Of a DNA stretch of 64,000 bases, positions 61,641-64,000 are shown piece after piece. The notes beneath the pieces are model-generated. The model did no database searches and was not told the origin of the DNA. It was given only the letters and a program-made list of their open reading frames with translations. The stretch covers positions 64,001 through 128,000 of the forward strand of contig JBQLZK010000005.1 of assembly GCA_052168235.1 (NCBI GenBank), written 5' to 3'. Source of the DNA: Thainema sp. (lineage in GTDB: Bacteria; Cyanobacteriota; Cyanobacteriia; Phormidesmidales; Phormidesmidaceae). Position numbers and translations under genes: made by a program. The first letter of the stretch is position 1. Each line of letters opens with the position of its first letter.

Positions 61641-62066
61641 TCAGTTATCACGAGGTTTGGGTCGCGACCTGCGCCCTGAATCAGGCCGAGGTTTCGAGCG
61701 GTGGTTGGATGAACTACGGTGCGATCGCTCCCGTGAATCACCGTCATTGCCGCTGGAAGAACTACCATGTACATCTAAGTGAGCAGAATAGCCCGATAGC
61801 TGAGCTACGGCTCCCAAAATCGTTCTCACAGCCTGAATATTGCGCCCGCCTCGGCCAAACACCCGCCCCTTATCTTCACCATCGAATGCAACTCGAATTA
61901 AAACCCTGCCTCGGGTTGCTGAAGCCTCACAGTCAATCTTCAGCGAATCAGAAGATTCAACCAGAGGCTCCAGCAAAAAGCGAGTCAAGGCCGTGAAGTC
62001 AACGGGTGAAGAAGCCGCAACAACTGAATTTTCAGCCGATTCAGGCTTTGAGTTGTTCGAAGACAC
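61641..62066 (-). CDS. khpA: KH domain RNA-binding protein
   Basis: [17 protein letters not shown]xxG motif; downstream of rpsP; GTG start inferred. Confidence 0.88.
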   Translation of the reverse strand: MSSNNSKPESAENSVVAASSPVDFTALTRFLLEPLVESSDSLKIDCEASATRGRVLIRVAFDGEDKGRVFGRGGRNIQAVRTILGAVAQLSGYSAHLDVHGSSSSGNDGDSRERSHRSSSNHRSKPRPDSGRRSRPKPRDN

Positions 62067-62289
62067 TAGCTTTCTCAAGAATGCTACGGACAGTATCAGT
62101 GGGCTGTGCACCCTGCTTTAAGCGGCGCACAATTGCGGGCACATCCAAACGTGTTTCGTCGGTTCTGGGATTGTAGAAACCCAGTTCTTCTAGAGGGCGA
62201 CCATCGCGGCGATCGCTGCTGTTCATAGCCACAATGCGGTAGCTAACTTCCCGCTTTTTGCCGTATCGCTTGAGCCGTAACTTAATCAT
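62041..62289 (-). CDS. rpsP: 30S ribosomal protein S16
   Basis: [35 protein letters not shown]. Confidence 0.98.
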   Translation of the reverse strand: MIKLRLKRYGKKREVSYRIVAMNSSDRRDGRPLEELGFYNPRTDETRLDVPAIVRRLKQGAQPTDTVRSILEKASVFEQLKA

Positions 62290-62521
62290 CCTGAATCAGA
62301 CTACTCCTTAAAAATTTGCCAGTGAAGCGACAGATATTTCAGCTTCCTTCTGAATTCACAATTTTATCACAACAAACTCGACAGCTTGCCCCAATAAGCC
62401 AAGCTGTCTATTTGCCGCAATCGCATTGAGACAGAATAACCAAATATCTTAGAGGCATTCCACTATCCGGTTCTGTCTCGGTTATGTAAAGGCTCAGATA
62501 CCAGTTAGAATGACTCAGATT

Positions 62522-62653
62522 TTAATCTTCATGATCTTCAAAGGGATCGCTGAGCTGCTTGGCCGGTGGGCCAAATGCCGTATAGACGCCAATTCCGGTA
62601 ATAACGACCAAAATGGCTGCGATGGAAATACTAAGAACTGTTGCAGGTTCCAT
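62522..62653 (-). CDS. psbN: photosystem biogenesis protein PsbN (43 aa), not in ORF track
   Basis: [43 protein letters not shown], divergent from psbH. Confidence 0.97.
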   Translation of the reverse strand: MEPATVLSISIAAILVVITGIGVYTAFGPPAKQLSDPFEDHED

Positions 62654-62730
62654 AGGTTAAATGAGAAAGATAAGTGACCTTCTCCTATAATATTACGGAT
62701 CATTAAAATAGATTTCAGTACAGGATAGCT

Positions 62731-62925
62731 ATGGCACAACGGACTCGGTTGGGAGATTTGCTCAAGCCTTTGAACTCCGAATACGGTAAAGTTTCCCCTG
62801 GTTGGGGCACAACGCCGTTAATGGCTGTGTTTATGTTGCTTTTCTTAGTCTTCTTACTCATCATTTTGCAAATCTACAATTCGTCGCTGCTCCTAGAATC
62901 CTTCAACATGGATTGGAGGGGTTAA
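62731..62925 (+). CDS. psbH: photosystem II PsbH
   Basis: [21 protein letters not shown]...QIYNSS. Confidence 0.98.
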   Translation: MAQRTRLGDLLKPLNSEYGKVSPGWGTTPLMAVFMLLFLVFLLIILQIYNSSLLLESFNMDWRG

Positions 62926-63117
62926 ACCCAAGCAACGGGCTGCTTGTCTCCCCCTGCGGTGCGCCGCGCGGGGAGACTTTTTGTATGATGTCAGTGGCAA
63001 AAGCCCTAACATGGTTATAGTGACATTTGGTGAACTGACGCTCTGCTGGGTTCTAGTGCCCTAGATGTGAGGAGCAATACACCGTAACGAGACACAGTAG
63101 CTACAGGAGGACACAGC

Positions 63118-63486
63118 GTGAATATCTTTGGCATCGGTCTGCCGGAAATGGCGCTGATTTTTATCGTTGCCCTACTCGTTTTTGGCCCCAAAAAGCTACC
63201 TGAAATTGGTCGCAGCCTGGGTAAAGCCATTCGTGGATTTCAAGATGCATCCAAGGAATTTGAAAACGAGTTCAAGCGAGAGGCGCAAGAGATCGAAAAA
63301 AGCGTGCAGATGAAAGCTACGATTGAACCACCCCAACGCAAAGCTTTACAGTCTGATGCCGTGCCCTCAGCCGAAGAGGTAGATAAGGCAGCGGAGCCTA
63401 CTGCTGAAACAGTGGCAACTGAATCTCAAGCAGATACGACAGAAGAGGTTGCTGCAACTCCATCAGAGCAGCCATCTAATACTTAG
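63118..63486 (+). CDS. tatA: twin-arginine translocase TatA/E
   Basis: GIGLPE...ALLVFGPKKLPEIGRSLG. Confidence 0.95.
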   Translation: MNIFGIGLPEMALIFIVALLVFGPKKLPEIGRSLGKAIRGFQDASKEFENEFKREAQEIEKSVQMKATIEPPQRKALQSDAVPSAEEVDKAAEPTAETVATESQADTTEEVAATPSEQPSNT

Positions 63487-63511
63487 TATTTCTAAGCGAT
63501 TTTGAGTGAAA

Positions 63512-64000
63512 ATGATGAATGTGTCTGCTCAACCAGAATCCCAATCTATGGGCGATGCAACTGAGGCTTTAGTCATTCCTGAACTGATTGTAGGTTTGGG
63601 CAATCCAGGATCGAAATACGAAAATACCCGTCACAATGTTGGCTTTCAGGTAATTGATGCCTTGGCGAAACGGTGGCAGGTAAACTTATCCGAAAATCGT
63701 AAGTTTCAGGGCTGGTATGGCGAAACGACGGTTGGCAGTCAGCGCAGTAAAGTTCGGTTGCTGAAGCCGACCACATATATGAATCGTTCCGGGCAGTCGG
63801 TTCGAGCCGTACTGGACTGGTTCAAAGTTTCGCCTGCCAAGATCCTGGTGGTCTATGACGAGATGGATTTGCCGCTAGGTCGAATTCGGCTGCGTCTCTC
63901 GGGTTCAGCGGGGGGACACAACGGCATGAAGTCGATTATTTCCCATGTGAATACTCAGGAATTTCCCCGCCTGCGAATAGGCATTGGCTCACCCAAAGAT
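63512..64000 (+). CDS. pth: peptidyl-tRNA hydrolase (runs off window end)
   Basis: Hand translation LIVGLGNPG.KYENTRHNVGF, KPTTYMN.SG, YDEMD, GSAGGHNG, RLRIGIG. Confidence 0.95.
   Translation, partial: MMNVSAQPESQSMGDATEALVIPELIVGLGNPGSKYENTRHNVGFQVIDALAKRWQVNLSENRKFQGWYGETTVGSQRSKVRLLKPTTYMNRSGQSVRAVLDWFKVSPAKILVVYDEMDLPLGRIRLRLSGSAGGHNGMKSIISHVNTQEFPRLRIGIGSPKD

Overview
Chromosomal window from a cyanobacterium. Evidence: dense HIP1 octamers (GCGATCGC) plus psbH/psbN, ndhH, ado/aar and a phycobiliprotein lyase. Most of it is core genome: ado-aar-accA-SDR-folE, rnc, glmM, ubiA, codA, alpha-amylase, ndhH, glk, rpsP-khpA-phoH and psbN/psbH-tatA-pth. I found no rRNA, tRNA, CRISPR array, transposase or prophage. 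Beyond the ORF track I read: (1) a yybP-ykoY (Mn2+) riboswitch upstream of a GDT1/UPF0016 transporter; (2) a DUF5615 PIN toxin gene collapsed by an in-frame deletion at a HIP1 site; (3) several MITE/REP-like repeats, including a near-identical 99-bp pair with TTA target duplications; (4) psbN, partial pth and three plausible unannotated small proteins. The best candidates for undescribed biology are a GH3 acyl-amido synthetase plus Fe/2OG hydroxylase operon, a membrane protein that looks like a voltage-sensor domain with no pore, and a small secreted Pro/Gly-Arg peptide. All family assignments are motif recognition by eye; no searches were run.
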